Position numbers and translations under genes: made by a program. The notes beneath the pieces are model-generated. The model had not been told where the DNA came from, made no database searches, and saw only the letters and a list, made by a program, of their open reading frames with translations. DNA of 62,597 nt, counting the filler, from Globobulimina sp. (Eukaryota): assembly GCA_003354225.1 (NCBI GenBank). It is 22 parts of 22 records of this genome, joined end to end, with 100 filler letters (N's around TTAATTAATTAA, not from the genome) between each part and the next. Parts side by side here need not be neighbours in the genome. Positions count along the whole stretch, not along the records: positions 34,213 to 36,962 come from PIVH01005073.1; positions 37,063 to 39,811 come from PIVH01005074.1; positions 39,912 to 42,660 come from PIVH01005075.1; positions 42,761 to 45,509 come from PIVH01005076.1; positions 45,610 to 48,357 come from PIVH01005077.1; 17 more parts are not named here. One strand, given 5' to 3'. This document shows, in pieces, positions 35,603-45,877 of this stretch (the first letter of the stretch is position 1; the number at the start of each line of letters is the position of its first letter).

Positions 35603-36724
35603 ATGTTACAACGTCTGTCGAGATACACACGTCGAGTCTCACATTGTTCCAGTAATTATCATCATTATCAAAACAATGTGAAATTTCTTCAATTTTCTCG
35701 TCGTTGCATAACCGGCGGTGAAGTCATAGCAATATTAATGAGCAGCAAAGTAATACTAACAACGAGTTTAACTGCCTTAGGGATCGGAGTTGGATATTGG
35801 TATTTATCGGATGATGAATATATTTATGACTATGATGGACCAATAAATTATGAAATATTACGCAACGAAATCCGTTCCTTTATGTACTCCTCGGAATTCG
35901 ACGATGGTTGCAGTGCGCCCTTGTTATTGCGTCTAGCCTTCAATCAATGCGCCACCTATTCAAAGTATGATGGTTTGGGCGGCATGAATGGCTCCACCAT
36001 ACGCTTTGAGCCGCAAATAAGTTATCCGCACAATGCGGGGTTGAGGAAAGCAATGCAAATCTTAGAAGCAGTCAAAGTGAAATATGGCGATAAGTTGTCT
36101 TATGCGGATTTGTGGACTTTGGCCTCCTACGTTGCCATAGAAGAGATGGGCGGGCCATATATTGATTTCGTACCGGGACGAAGCGATTATATGGGGATGG
36201 GGATTGGGAATAAGTATGGTGGCCTTGGCATTGATTATAGATTGGATTTGGTCCCCGAGAGGTTTCCAGAATGGGATGAAGGTGTCTCGCGTTTATTGGA
36301 TTGGTGGGACAGAATGGACCTCTCCGACAGAGAGGGCGTGGCTTTGATGGGCGCCCATTCCTGCGGGAGATTACATGCTGAGAACTCTGGCATTGATGCG
36401 TCGTGGAGCGATGCGCAAATATTAACCAATGAATATTACAAGAACTTTAAATATGTGCCATATGTTTATGAACGGAGAGGGAGTGAACATTATTTTGATC
36501 CGGCAAACCCGGAATTGGTTTTGTTGCCCATTGAAGGCTCATTCTTTTATAATGCACGGAGTATGCGATGGGGTGAATTTTATGCTTATGCGGATTTGCA
36601 TATTTGGCTGAATGATTTTGCCGCTACTTTTAAGAAAATAACTGAACAGGGCTGTGATTTGCAAGCAAATAAGGATCCAAGTGTCAAACCTCTCAAATTG
36701 TATAATCTTGCGGGAGGAGACTAA
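35603..36724 (+). CDS. Mitochondrial class I heme peroxidase (cytochrome c/ascorbate peroxidase family) lacking the distal His
   Basis: Presequence + TM. PLLLRLAFNQCATYSK...GGMNGSTIRF...NAGL...LSYADLWTLA..VAIEEMGGP...PGRSD, ALMGAHSCG, FAATFKK. Confidence 0.88.
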   Translation: MLQRLSRYTRRVSHCSSNYHHYQNNVKFLQFSRRCITGGEVIAILMSSKVILTTSLTALGIGVGYWYLSDDEYIYDYDGPINYEILRNEIRSFMYSSEFDDGCSAPLLLRLAFNQCATYSKYDGLGGMNGSTIRFEPQISYPHNAGLRKAMQILEAVKVKYGDKLSYADLWTLASYVAIEEMGGPYIDFVPGRSDYMGMGIGNKYGGLGIDYRLDLVPERFPEWDEGVSRLLDWWDRMDLSDREGVALMGAHSCGRLHAENSGIDASWSDAQILTNEYYKNFKYVPYVYERRGSEHYFDPANPELVLLPIEGSFFYNARSMRWGEFYAYADLHIWLNDFAATFKKITEQGCDLQANKDPSVKPLKLYNLAGGD

Positions 36725-37141
36725 ATTGCTCATATCCTTGCACAGACATATTCGATCACGTACCCACTGTGGGTTTATTGAGAATTGAGAATACAATGGA
36801 AAAACTTCCCCCTCCTCCGTAGTAGAAATGGAATTAATATCCCCCGCTGCAGATTTAGCGGCGTTATCAGTGGCATTTGACACAGTGCCACGGTGTAAAT
36901 TGGATGATTTGGGAGAGATTTGTTGTGCCGTTGCAGATTTTGCGGCATTTAAAGCAGTATTTNNNNNNNNNNNNNNNNNNNNNNNNNNNNNNNNNNNNNN
37001 NNNNNNTTAATTAATTAANNNNNNNNNNNNNNNNNNNNNNNNNNNNNNNNNNNNNNNNNNNNAAACACATGATATTATGAATCAAAAAATAAAATGATAT
37101 AAATTCGCAAAGAGTATCTTTTTAAAAAATAGATACAATAC

Positions 37142-37231
37142 CTTTTGCAAATTTATATCATCGGATGGAGGTAAGGATTGAACCCAGTCAATTATTTCCT
37201 GTACCTGTGCTGCAACGGGAGCTTCTGCCAT
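37142..37231 (-). CDS. First exon of a small protein (possibly acyl-CoA-binding protein-like); partial
   Basis: ATG at 37231, 30 codons MAEAPVAAQVQEIIDWVQSLPPSDDINLQK, then a GTATTG donor. Product guess is weak. Confidence 0.5.
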
Positions 37232-37303
37232 TTTCAACACTTAATTATAATAAATTATTAAAAACTGTTATTATAATTACTGAGTGCTGCTCCAACTGAC
37301 ACC

Positions 37304-38227
37304 ATGGCATCGATATCAATAAGTTTACAACAATTAAAAAATTTGCAATACAAGTCGCAAATATTACAATCGTACATAAAAAGGTTAGATACGCATTTAA
37401 GAGCTTATAATCCATCACAGCAATTTAGTGGAAGCGAGCAATTTTTAGCAATTACAAAATTACAATTACAAAAAGTTGAAAATAAAATAATTGGCGATCG
37501 CATAAAAGAACAACAATTAACATTAACAAATAATGCATTAACTATTCAAATAAATCAACTCAAACAGGAAAGTAATGAATTATACAAACAAATTAAATCT
37601 CAAGAATCAAAATCCAAATCCTACAAAGCAGCGTCGTCTTCTTCTCAAGTATATTAATTGTATTTTTTCTATCATTTGATGCATATAACATATTCTAAGG
37701 ATCGTCGAAGTGAAAAAAAGGACTCAGGAGATCCAAATGAACGCAAAATAGTAGAAACCGCATTGCATGTTCTTAAAGGTGCGATTGTGTCGGTATTGGA
37801 GATCAGCACTGGTCAAACAACGATGAGTGTACATTTTAGTAATAAACCATGGGTTGGAAGTATAACAATTGGTAATTGTGAGGAGGGCAAATTATTTTCA
37901 TTGGATGAAAACGTTAAGAAACGAATTGAACAAAAAGCAAATGAAATTATAAATAAAAATATTGAATGCGTGGTCCATAAAGATTTGAATAGAAAAGATG
38001 CAGAGCAAAGATTTGGTGATGAAATGTATGATTTTTACCCGGTACCATCACACATAGAAATACTGAGTGTGTTAGAAATTAAAGATGTTAATATTAATTG
38101 TACAAATAAGACATTATGTAAAACCACGGGTGAATTAATTGCATTAAAAGTTGGTAAAACCAAATATAATGGAAACAAAAAACAATTAACTGTATATTTT
38201 ACAGTTGGATCTGATGCTAAACAATGA
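37304..38227 (+). CDS. Coiled-coil + AlaX-S-like (tRNA_SAD) editing-domain protein; 2 exons
   Basis: Intron 37649-37699 joins the two ORFs. TALHVLKGAIVSVL...IEQKANE...RKDAEQRFGDEMYDFYPVP...NINCTNKTLCKTTGE. Confidence 0.82.
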
Positions 38228-39911
38228 TTTATGTCGTTTTTTAACTTTATTTGATTAAAAACAGCTTAAATAAAGTTACTTTTATAGGCCTTTTTTGGAA
38301 TAAATCTTTTAGCCTGAAATCCTGAAATCGCCAAGAATGATCTAAATGTCAGGTCAAAAAACTTAAAAAAAAACTTTCACAAAACACAACTCTTTTCCAT
38401 CTCTTCTTTCATATCAAACAAAAATTAAACAACAGCATATGTTTAAAAACACGACATCTAGGCCTACTGAAGGGTGTCGGTAAGACCACCAGATGTATTG
38501 GCGCGGGGCATGAAGGTCAGAGGATCACAGTATAGGAGGTTGCTGAGCACGTACTCCCGACCCTAGACATGCATAGCGGTGAGATTTTGGGTAAAATTTC
38601 AGGTGAGTTTAGAGGTTGGAAGAGCTATCTCCTTCCGTGTATTTGGCAGCTATCATTTCGTAGAAATTTCCTGTATTTTCTGATCATATTCAGATTAATT
38701 ACAGTCAACAATTTGTATAGAAAGATGAACTAACTTTCGATTGAATTATCATGAAAAAACACTATTTTTCTATTTCAGACTCTGAGTTATTGCAAATTGT
38801 AACACTGTTTCTTAGAAATTTTCTGCATTTTCTGATCATTCAAATTAATTATTTTTTATTTCATTTTATATCTATACAGTCAACAAATGGCGTTAAAGAG
38901 AAAGCAAAATGTATTAAGTGATAAATTTAAATTGAAGAATGTATGTTTTTTATATATTATAAATTTATGGATTAAATGATGAACCAATTTGCTTCCAACT
39001 AATCTGAATTTTCGTAGTGTTTGAAAACATATCAAATCCATCGACAATATAAATTTTATAATACATACTGATTTTTACAATATTTTCATCCATTTTTTAT
39101 TTTATTTATTCGGAAACAAGTAAACTAATAAAATAAATAACAAATTATTTAGATAACAATTACAATCGCTGACTTATCGTAATTTGGTATGTTTTTTTTT
39201 TTTGTGTAATGTTATGACGAAATACCTATTCCTTAGAACTAAGCGGAATGGTTGTTGTGGAAAAAAAAACTCTGATATATATACTATAAATACTGCATAT
39301 TTTCTTTCTTTTATGTGTGTTTTATGAATTAATGATTTCTATTTGTTATAATTACACAGATTTGCATGGCATTACGAAGATATTTAAAAATATATATCAT
39401 GTATGTAATTGAAACAAATTTATATTTTGTGTGATTGTTATGATGAGGCAAACAAATGCTTTTGCAGAGCAAATGATAATTTAAAATTAAATGATAAAAA
39501 CTAACTTTAACCGACTCATTCCCGAGCTCGTTCTGATAAATATAATGTTTGGTGATTGTCAGATTGTGTATGTTACGATTTTATTAATAAAAGTAATGTG
39601 TGTTGTTGTTGAACAGTTATTGGAGGATCAGATCGAACGGAATTTCGCTGCCAATCCACTGTTATTGGTATGTTATTCTTTAATATTTGTTTTGTGCCAA
39701 GATGACTTATATAAACAAATGATAATTTTTAATTAAATGATAATTTGTTCAATCCAACTTCTGATAAAATATAATCTGTTTTTTTTTTGTGCTGATTGTA
39801 CAATGCGTATTNNNNNNNNNNNNNNNNNNNNNNNNNNNNNNNNNNNNNNNNNNNNTTAATTAATTAANNNNNNNNNNNNNNNNNNNNNNNNNNNNNNNNN
39901 NNNNNNNNNNN

Positions 39912-41266
39912 TTCTTTCATGACTTATCGCCAGGTTCATGCTTCTGGCTACCGCACGGCACGCGGATTTATAACAAATTGCGGGAATTTATCAGCGCGGA
40001 ATATGTGAATCGCGGCTTTACCAACGTGATCACGCCGAATGTGTTCAATTTCGATCTCTGGAAAATCTCGGGGCACGCTCAGAATTACAAGGAAAATATG
40101 TTCATATTCGAGTGCGATGAGCAAGAGTTTGGATTGAAACCCATGAACTGTCCGGGACATTGTTTGATGTTTGCATCGCAATTGCGATCATACAGGGAAC
40201 TGCCTATTCGATTGGCGGATTTTGGCGCATTGCATAGAAATGAATTAAGCGGGTCATTGACAGGTTATATCTTATACATTTTATGTGTTTTTGTATTAAT
40301 TGATGGAAACAAACAGGTTTAACGCGAGTACGTAGATTCCAACAAGACGACGCGCACATTTTTTGCCGGCACGATCAGATACTTTCGGAGATCGATAATT
40401 GTCTACATTTTATAAAACATGTGTATGGCGTCTTTGGTTTCAAATTCGAGCTGGAATTATCCACTCGTCCGTTGCAGAAATATTTGGGTGAGGTGGCGGT
40501 GTGGGATCGAGCCGAGGAGCAATTAAAAACTGCATTGACTAAGTGTGTGGACTGATGGAATGAAGATAAGAAGGATGAAAATAAGCAAATTAAATGGAAA
40601 TTGAATCCAGGCGACGGTGCTTTTTATGGCCCTAAGATTGACATAAAAGTGTTTGATTCATTGAACAGAGAACAGCAATGTGCCACAATCCAATTAGATT
40701 TCCAATTGCCACTAAGGTTCGGGTTGACATATTCTGCAAAACATAGTGGAAAGGAGGTGGGTGAAAATAAGGAAGAGTGCGAAGAAAAAGCTGTGATTAT
40801 TGATGCGGAATTGAATGATTTGCAAAAGAAATATTTGAATATCCATTCGCATGCTGGCGATGATTGGGATATTCCTGTCATTATTCATAGGGCCATTTAT
40901 GGCTCGTTTGAGAGATTTATTGCCATTTTGACGGAACATTTGTTGGGGAAGTGGCCATTTTGGATCTCGCCGAGACAGATTAAGGTGATACCGGTGGCAC
41001 AGAGTTACAATGGATATGCGAATAAAATTGGACAGACATTTCATGCCAATGGATATTGGGTGGATGTGGATGATGGCCGGAATCGATTAAATAATAAAAT
41101 AAGGAAAGCGCAAACGTTACAATATAATTTTATTTGTGTGGTTGGCGACAAAGAAGAAAAGAACAATACAATTAATATTCGGACAAGAGATAATGTGGAA
41201 CATGGCGAGAAAAGTATGGAGGAAACATTAAAATGGTTTGCCGACTTAACAAAAGCATATAAATAA
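39912..41266 (+). CDS. TARS1: Threonyl-tRNA synthetase (cytosolic type); 5' partial, intron 40264-40316
   Basis: [79 protein letters not shown], anticodon-binding domain. Confidence 0.97.
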
Positions 41267-41332
41267 ACATCTTGATTACGATACTTGATTTCTTAAGTTT
41301 TGAAGAGTAGTTAATTCACTTCAAACTAAAAA

Positions 41333-42596
41333 ATGGCGGAAGAATTAGCTCACTCTGCTACCGATACCTTATTATTTTCAATAGATTTTTCAATAATGAG
41401 TGTATGTTCTATTTGCAACACATTATTAATCATCATTTGGATTAGATGCATTTCTAGAAAAGTTAAAAAAGCTACAAATACTCATAGAGGAACTAGAACA
41501 AAAAATACACTTTCTCCAAATAAAATTAATAAATCCATTAGTTCATCACAATCAGACAACGAAACTACTGTTACAATTCAGCAAGAAATGGTATCACAGT
41601 CGAAAAAACATAGAGGACACTTTTACATCACATTATCAATAATATTTGCAGTGATATTCGATTGTTACAATGTATCATATTACACATTTAGGCTACTTAA
41701 TATTTCTACGACATCAATTATTGGAGAGACATGTTCCTTATTCTTATTATTCATTAATATCGTACCTTATTCATTAAATCGATTATTTTTGTATTTATTT
41801 TTTATTTGGAGAGTCAAAGGTAATACTTTTGCTTATTAAAGCAGATAATATAATATTATGTTTCATTCATTTTAAAAACGTGTCAGTTTTTGATCTGGTA
41901 CAAAAATGAAACAGAAACACAATTCGCACAAAAACAGAAACAGTACGTTGCTCCAAATAATAAACATTGCGTTGTACATATTATTTGTTTTGTGTTTCTT
42001 GTTTCTGGTTCATTTCTGTAAAATAAATGAAATTAACATCACTAAAAGTCGCATTTGATGGAACGTTTTTGGAAATACATGCAAAACATGTAAAAATATT
42101 GTCAATATTAGCTATAATTTTATTTACATTTTCTTCAATATTCATGGTTGTTTATGTAGCAATAAGAGGTTGCCGACAAGCACCAGATATAGTGATAGCT
42201 GCTGGGCCATTTATATTATCTGATTCAATATTGGCATGGTTATGTTTATATTTATTTGCATCGCGATTAAGAAAGTTAACAAAAATTGATCAACCAAACG
42301 CAAATATGAATAATTCGGGAATCTGTGACTTTGAAAAATTGAAATATATTTCAAATAAGTTTTCAATTTTATCAATTTTTGCAGTCTTATTTACAAATGT
42401 TATGGCATTATTGTACTTGGCTGTTCCTTTATTATCGGTGAGTTCTATTGACACTGTATTCAATGTAATATGCTTAATGCTATCGACTGGAGCCAACGAT
42501 GTCTATTATAAAAAACTATGTGTTTTATGCAGAATGTGTTGTGAAAAAAAACAGATTCAAGCAAAGACTACCAACATGGAAATGGTAATACATTAA
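41333..42596 (+). CDS. 7TM GPCR-like membrane protein; 2 exons
   Basis: About 7 hydrophobic helices. FIWRVK|VAFDGT via intron 41820-42048. SIDTVFNVICLML...YKKLC tail shared in style with 51526-52443. Confidence 0.75.
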
Positions 42597-42861
42597 TAAC
42601 AATTTAGTGCATATGGTTCATTATTTGACAATGTATAATATTGTATATAAAAATAGAAATNNNNNNNNNNNNNNNNNNNNNNNNNNNNNNNNNNNNNNNN
42701 NNNNTTAATTAATTAANNNNNNNNNNNNNNNNNNNNNNNNNNNNNNNNNNNNNNNNNNNNATTACTGGAACATGAATCAAAAACTAAGCTAAAACTTTTC
42801 ACGAAAATATCTTTTATCCAATACAACAAACAATCAATCAACAGTCACAACGACATTAATA

Positions 42862-43719
42862 ATGCAGTCCATGCAAAGCATTAAACCGACACTAGAGCCG
42901 AAGCTCCGGTGTTATTCGAAAAAGAATGGTTGTTTCGTAAAGACAGATAACACCTTCAAGTATTGTCCCAGAAGAGCCCTTAACACCAAACACACACAAA
43001 TCCAAAACAAAATGTCTTTGCAATTCATGGATACACAAAAACCGGCAAAATATTAAAACGCATAAAGAGAAAGTTTGTCGATTTCGATGTATGTTTAATA
43101 TTTCTATTTTTGTGCAAGAAATTTCGAAAACAAATTCCATCGCAAACAAAATACGAAAAAATGAATAGCTTTTTGCTGTCGACATTGTTTTGCAATATTT
43201 GCGGATCAAAAACAATTATTTGTGCATCAAAAAAAATATCATTTTAATATTGCACGAGATAACAATTTGGAAAAAGAATTTTATTTTTGTGGTTTTATTG
43301 GCTGTTCAAAATATTTCACAGAATTAAAATATTTGACAGTACATTTACGTGAACATACAAAACCATTTAAATGTCCATTTTTCATTTGCAATAAATCATT
43401 TGCTCGAAAATATGACTTACAAATTCATCAACGATTACATTTAAATCGTAAGAGATTAAAATGTAAATTTTGTTCGATGGAATTTAATGATCCTTCAAAT
43501 TTACGGAAACATATTAAAATAGTGCATAATGGTCGTGTTATTGCACAATTTATCTGCAAACATTGCAAGAAGCCATTTAACCGAAAAGACTCATTACAAA
43601 AACATTTGCAAATTCATTTAAAAATAAAAGATCGAAAATTGCATCAATGCAAAAAATGTGATGCAAATTTTACATTTCAATCAAACTTAAATAAACATTT
43701 AAAAAAATTTCATGTTTAA
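42862..43719 (+). CDS. C2H2 zinc finger protein (~6 fingers); 5' exon structure uncertain
   Basis: Final exon from ~43171 has tandem CxxC..HxxxH fingers with an HTKPFKC linker. Likely intron ~43088-43168. Upstream exons tentative. Confidence 0.8.
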
Positions 43720-43863
43720 TTTGATGCAATTTCTCTTTTTCTCCAATAATTCTATGCTTGTTATGGCTGCTATGTTCTATTTTCATTTTAATTGATTTTT
43801 TTAATTTGTTAAACTTGAAATATTCGGACTTTTCGCAGCGAGTAACACATTAAATTCTCAAAC

Positions 43864-45366
43864 ATGAAGCTCAAGACCATGGCTCTCAGAAACACAAAAT
43901 TAATCACCAGGAAATGCTCCACCTTCATCATAATCCACCGCAATTTCTGCGAGGCTTTATTTGAAGTCCAAGCAGAGTACAAATACGATACTTTCCGACA
44001 TGCCATAAGTTGCGCAGATGGTATCGATGTCATACAAAAGAAAATGGGCACCATAAAACACATAAACGCATCAAAAAATAAAACAGTCCATTCCTCAATT
44101 TACAGTGCAGCAATTAAACGCGCACAAGAATTGAATGAATACTCTGAGTGTTGGAGGTTGTACAATGAAGCCAAGCACGAAAGTTGCATTGACATTTATT
44201 TACTGACCCAAATGATTAATATAACATCGTCATTCGTGGAAACACAATTTCTGTTTGATTATGACCATAAAAACTCGAAAATGTACAACAAATCAAAAGC
44301 AGAAGTGGCCAAACATAAAATGCTGAGCAGAGTGCATCAGTTATACAATGAGATGAGATATGAATTTAAGTTGCAAGCCACGAATGCGACCTATTCGTCG
44401 TTAATTAATTCATGCTCAAAGTTCAAAAGTTTTATTGGCGCGCAAAGATATTGGAAGCTATATTGCGAGGACAAGCATTTAGAGCGACACATCGATGTTT
44501 ATTCCGCGATAATTTACAGCCACGTTAATAAAACAGATATGATCGGAGCTATGAAATTATTTAATGAGATGATAAATATTTATAATTTGCAACCAAATGG
44601 GAAGATTATAAGTAAATTATTGTCCGGATTTGCCCATCTTATTATGATGAGGAAAAAAAATATCTCAAAATTTATGGAAATTTCACAGTTGGTCTCCGAA
44701 GCGGAACAATTAATTAAAACGTACTTACAAAATATTCATGCCAATATTGAGGTATTTAATGCGATTTGCAATGTTTATGCGTGTGCTGGGGATGTTGTGT
44801 CTTGCTTTGATATTTTGCATTGTTTATTGGATAAAAAGTTGCCGGCAAATTATAATATTGTGGTTGCAGCACCGCTGCCATCGCCAAACATTTATACATT
44901 TAATACATGTTTGAAATCATTGATTTATTGCGAGGAATTGTATGAGAATGAAAATACGAAACATAATAATTTAAATGTGTGGAGATTGGTTGATTTCATA
45001 TTTTCAGCAATGAATGAATATGGCATTGAGAGAGATTGTGTGACATATTCGACATTGTTTCATTTGTGCGGCAATTCAATGGATGATGATATTAAACCAG
45101 ATTTGGATAAAGCAATCTCATTTTATTTACAATTGTCAAATTCACAAACTGTTATTTCAAAGAAATGTATGTATAGTTTGCTGATCACTGCATTACAATT
45201 TTATGATTATGAGGGAAACGCAGAACTGCAACCAACTGCAAAACAAAGTAAATATGAATTTATTGAATGGTGGTTATCGGAAGCGAAAGATTATAGAGTT
45301 CAATGTAGTTTATCTATTCATCAATTACTTGATATTAAAGCTAAAAAATTTCGAATACCAAAATAA
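43864..45366 (+). CDS. P-class PPR protein, probably mitochondrial
   Basis: Basic presequence. PPR motifs ATNATYSSLINSCSK, DVYSAIIYSH...AMKLFNEM, PNIYTFNTCLK, RDCVTYSTLFHLC. No PLS periodicity. Confidence 0.8.
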   Translation: MKLKTMALRNTKLITRKCSTFIIIHRNFCEALFEVQAEYKYDTFRHAISCADGIDVIQKKMGTIKHINASKNKTVHSSIYSAAIKRAQELNEYSECWRLYNEAKHESCIDIYLLTQMINITSSFVETQFLFDYDHKNSKMYNKSKAEVAKHKMLSRVHQLYNEMRYEFKLQATNATYSSLINSCSKFKSFIGAQRYWKLYCEDKHLERHIDVYSAIIYSHVNKTDMIGAMKLFNEMINIYNLQPNGKIISKLLSGFAHLIMMRKKNISKFMEISQLVSEAEQLIKTYLQNIHANIEVFNAICNVYACAGDVVSCFDILHCLLDKKLPANYNIVVAAPLPSPNIYTFNTCLKSLIYCEELYENENTKHNNLNVWRLVDFIFSAMNEYGIERDCVTYSTLFHLCGNSMDDDIKPDLDKAISFYLQLSNSQTVISKKCMYSLLITALQFYDYEGNAELQPTAKQSKYEFIEWWLSEAKDYRVQCSLSIHQLLDIKAKKFRIPK

Positions 45367-45877
45367 AACATATGTGCGCTCTTTTAAATATTAAGGAGAT
45401 GTATTTTTTTGTATATGCTAAGCTTATTTCATTCACTATGTAAGTCCGTTGAATTCCTTCAGTATTAAACCGAAGAGGTTTTCTAACCTTAGCAAGTTCC
45501 GAATTTATTNNNNNNNNNNNNNNNNNNNNNNNNNNNNNNNNNNNNNNNNNNNNTTAATTAATTAANNNNNNNNNNNNNNNNNNNNNNNNNNNNNNNNNNN
45601 NNNNNNNNNATGACATATAATAAAAGCCATTCCAACTCCATATCCATCCTACCTCTTTTAGTATTTGTTTCTGTTGACTATGCTATCGTTTGTGTTGACT
45701 GTGTTTGCTTGTTCGTTCCTTTTTGTTTACAAAAGGTCACAAAATCGTACCGTTTCTGTGGAAAGAGCCACATTGTACATTTTGTACCTTTTATCTGTCA
45801 AAGCAAATAAAAGGAAAAAACTTTAGGTTGAAAAATCGCTAGTGTCGATATTTTTTTCTTTTGCGTTTGGCGCGGAA

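Larger units (their letters stand above)
34213..35643. repeat. Tandem segmental duplication (34213-34654 vs 35183-35643)
   Basis: Direct repeat covering the Gly-rich gene end, the AN1 gene and the first ~14 codons of the peroxidase. Confidence 0.9.

Noticed and set aside
36539-36962. Minus-strand ORF overlapping the peroxidase 3' end by ~185 bp
   Set aside because: No recognisable motifs and truncated by the contig end. It may be a real gene end, but the overlap cannot be supported.
37160-37235. tRNA-like sequence (GGTTCAATCC T-loop-like motif on the minus strand)
   Set aside because: No acceptor or anticodon stems. It reads as a 30-codon first exon followed by a GT donor.
38520-38540. GGATCACAGTATAGG as U3 snoRNA box A
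   Set aside because: Boxes A', B, C and D could not be found in the expected order.
38661-39811. ORF 39491-39736 and short direct repeats (38661-38710 vs 38813-38887; 39473-39550 vs 39719-39781)
   Set aside because: Low-complexity AT-rich intergenic DNA. The repeats are degenerate, with no element structure.
37304-41266. AlaX-like gene next to ThrRS as a functional editing module
   Set aside because: Separated by a linker at 39812-39911, so there is no evidence of linkage.
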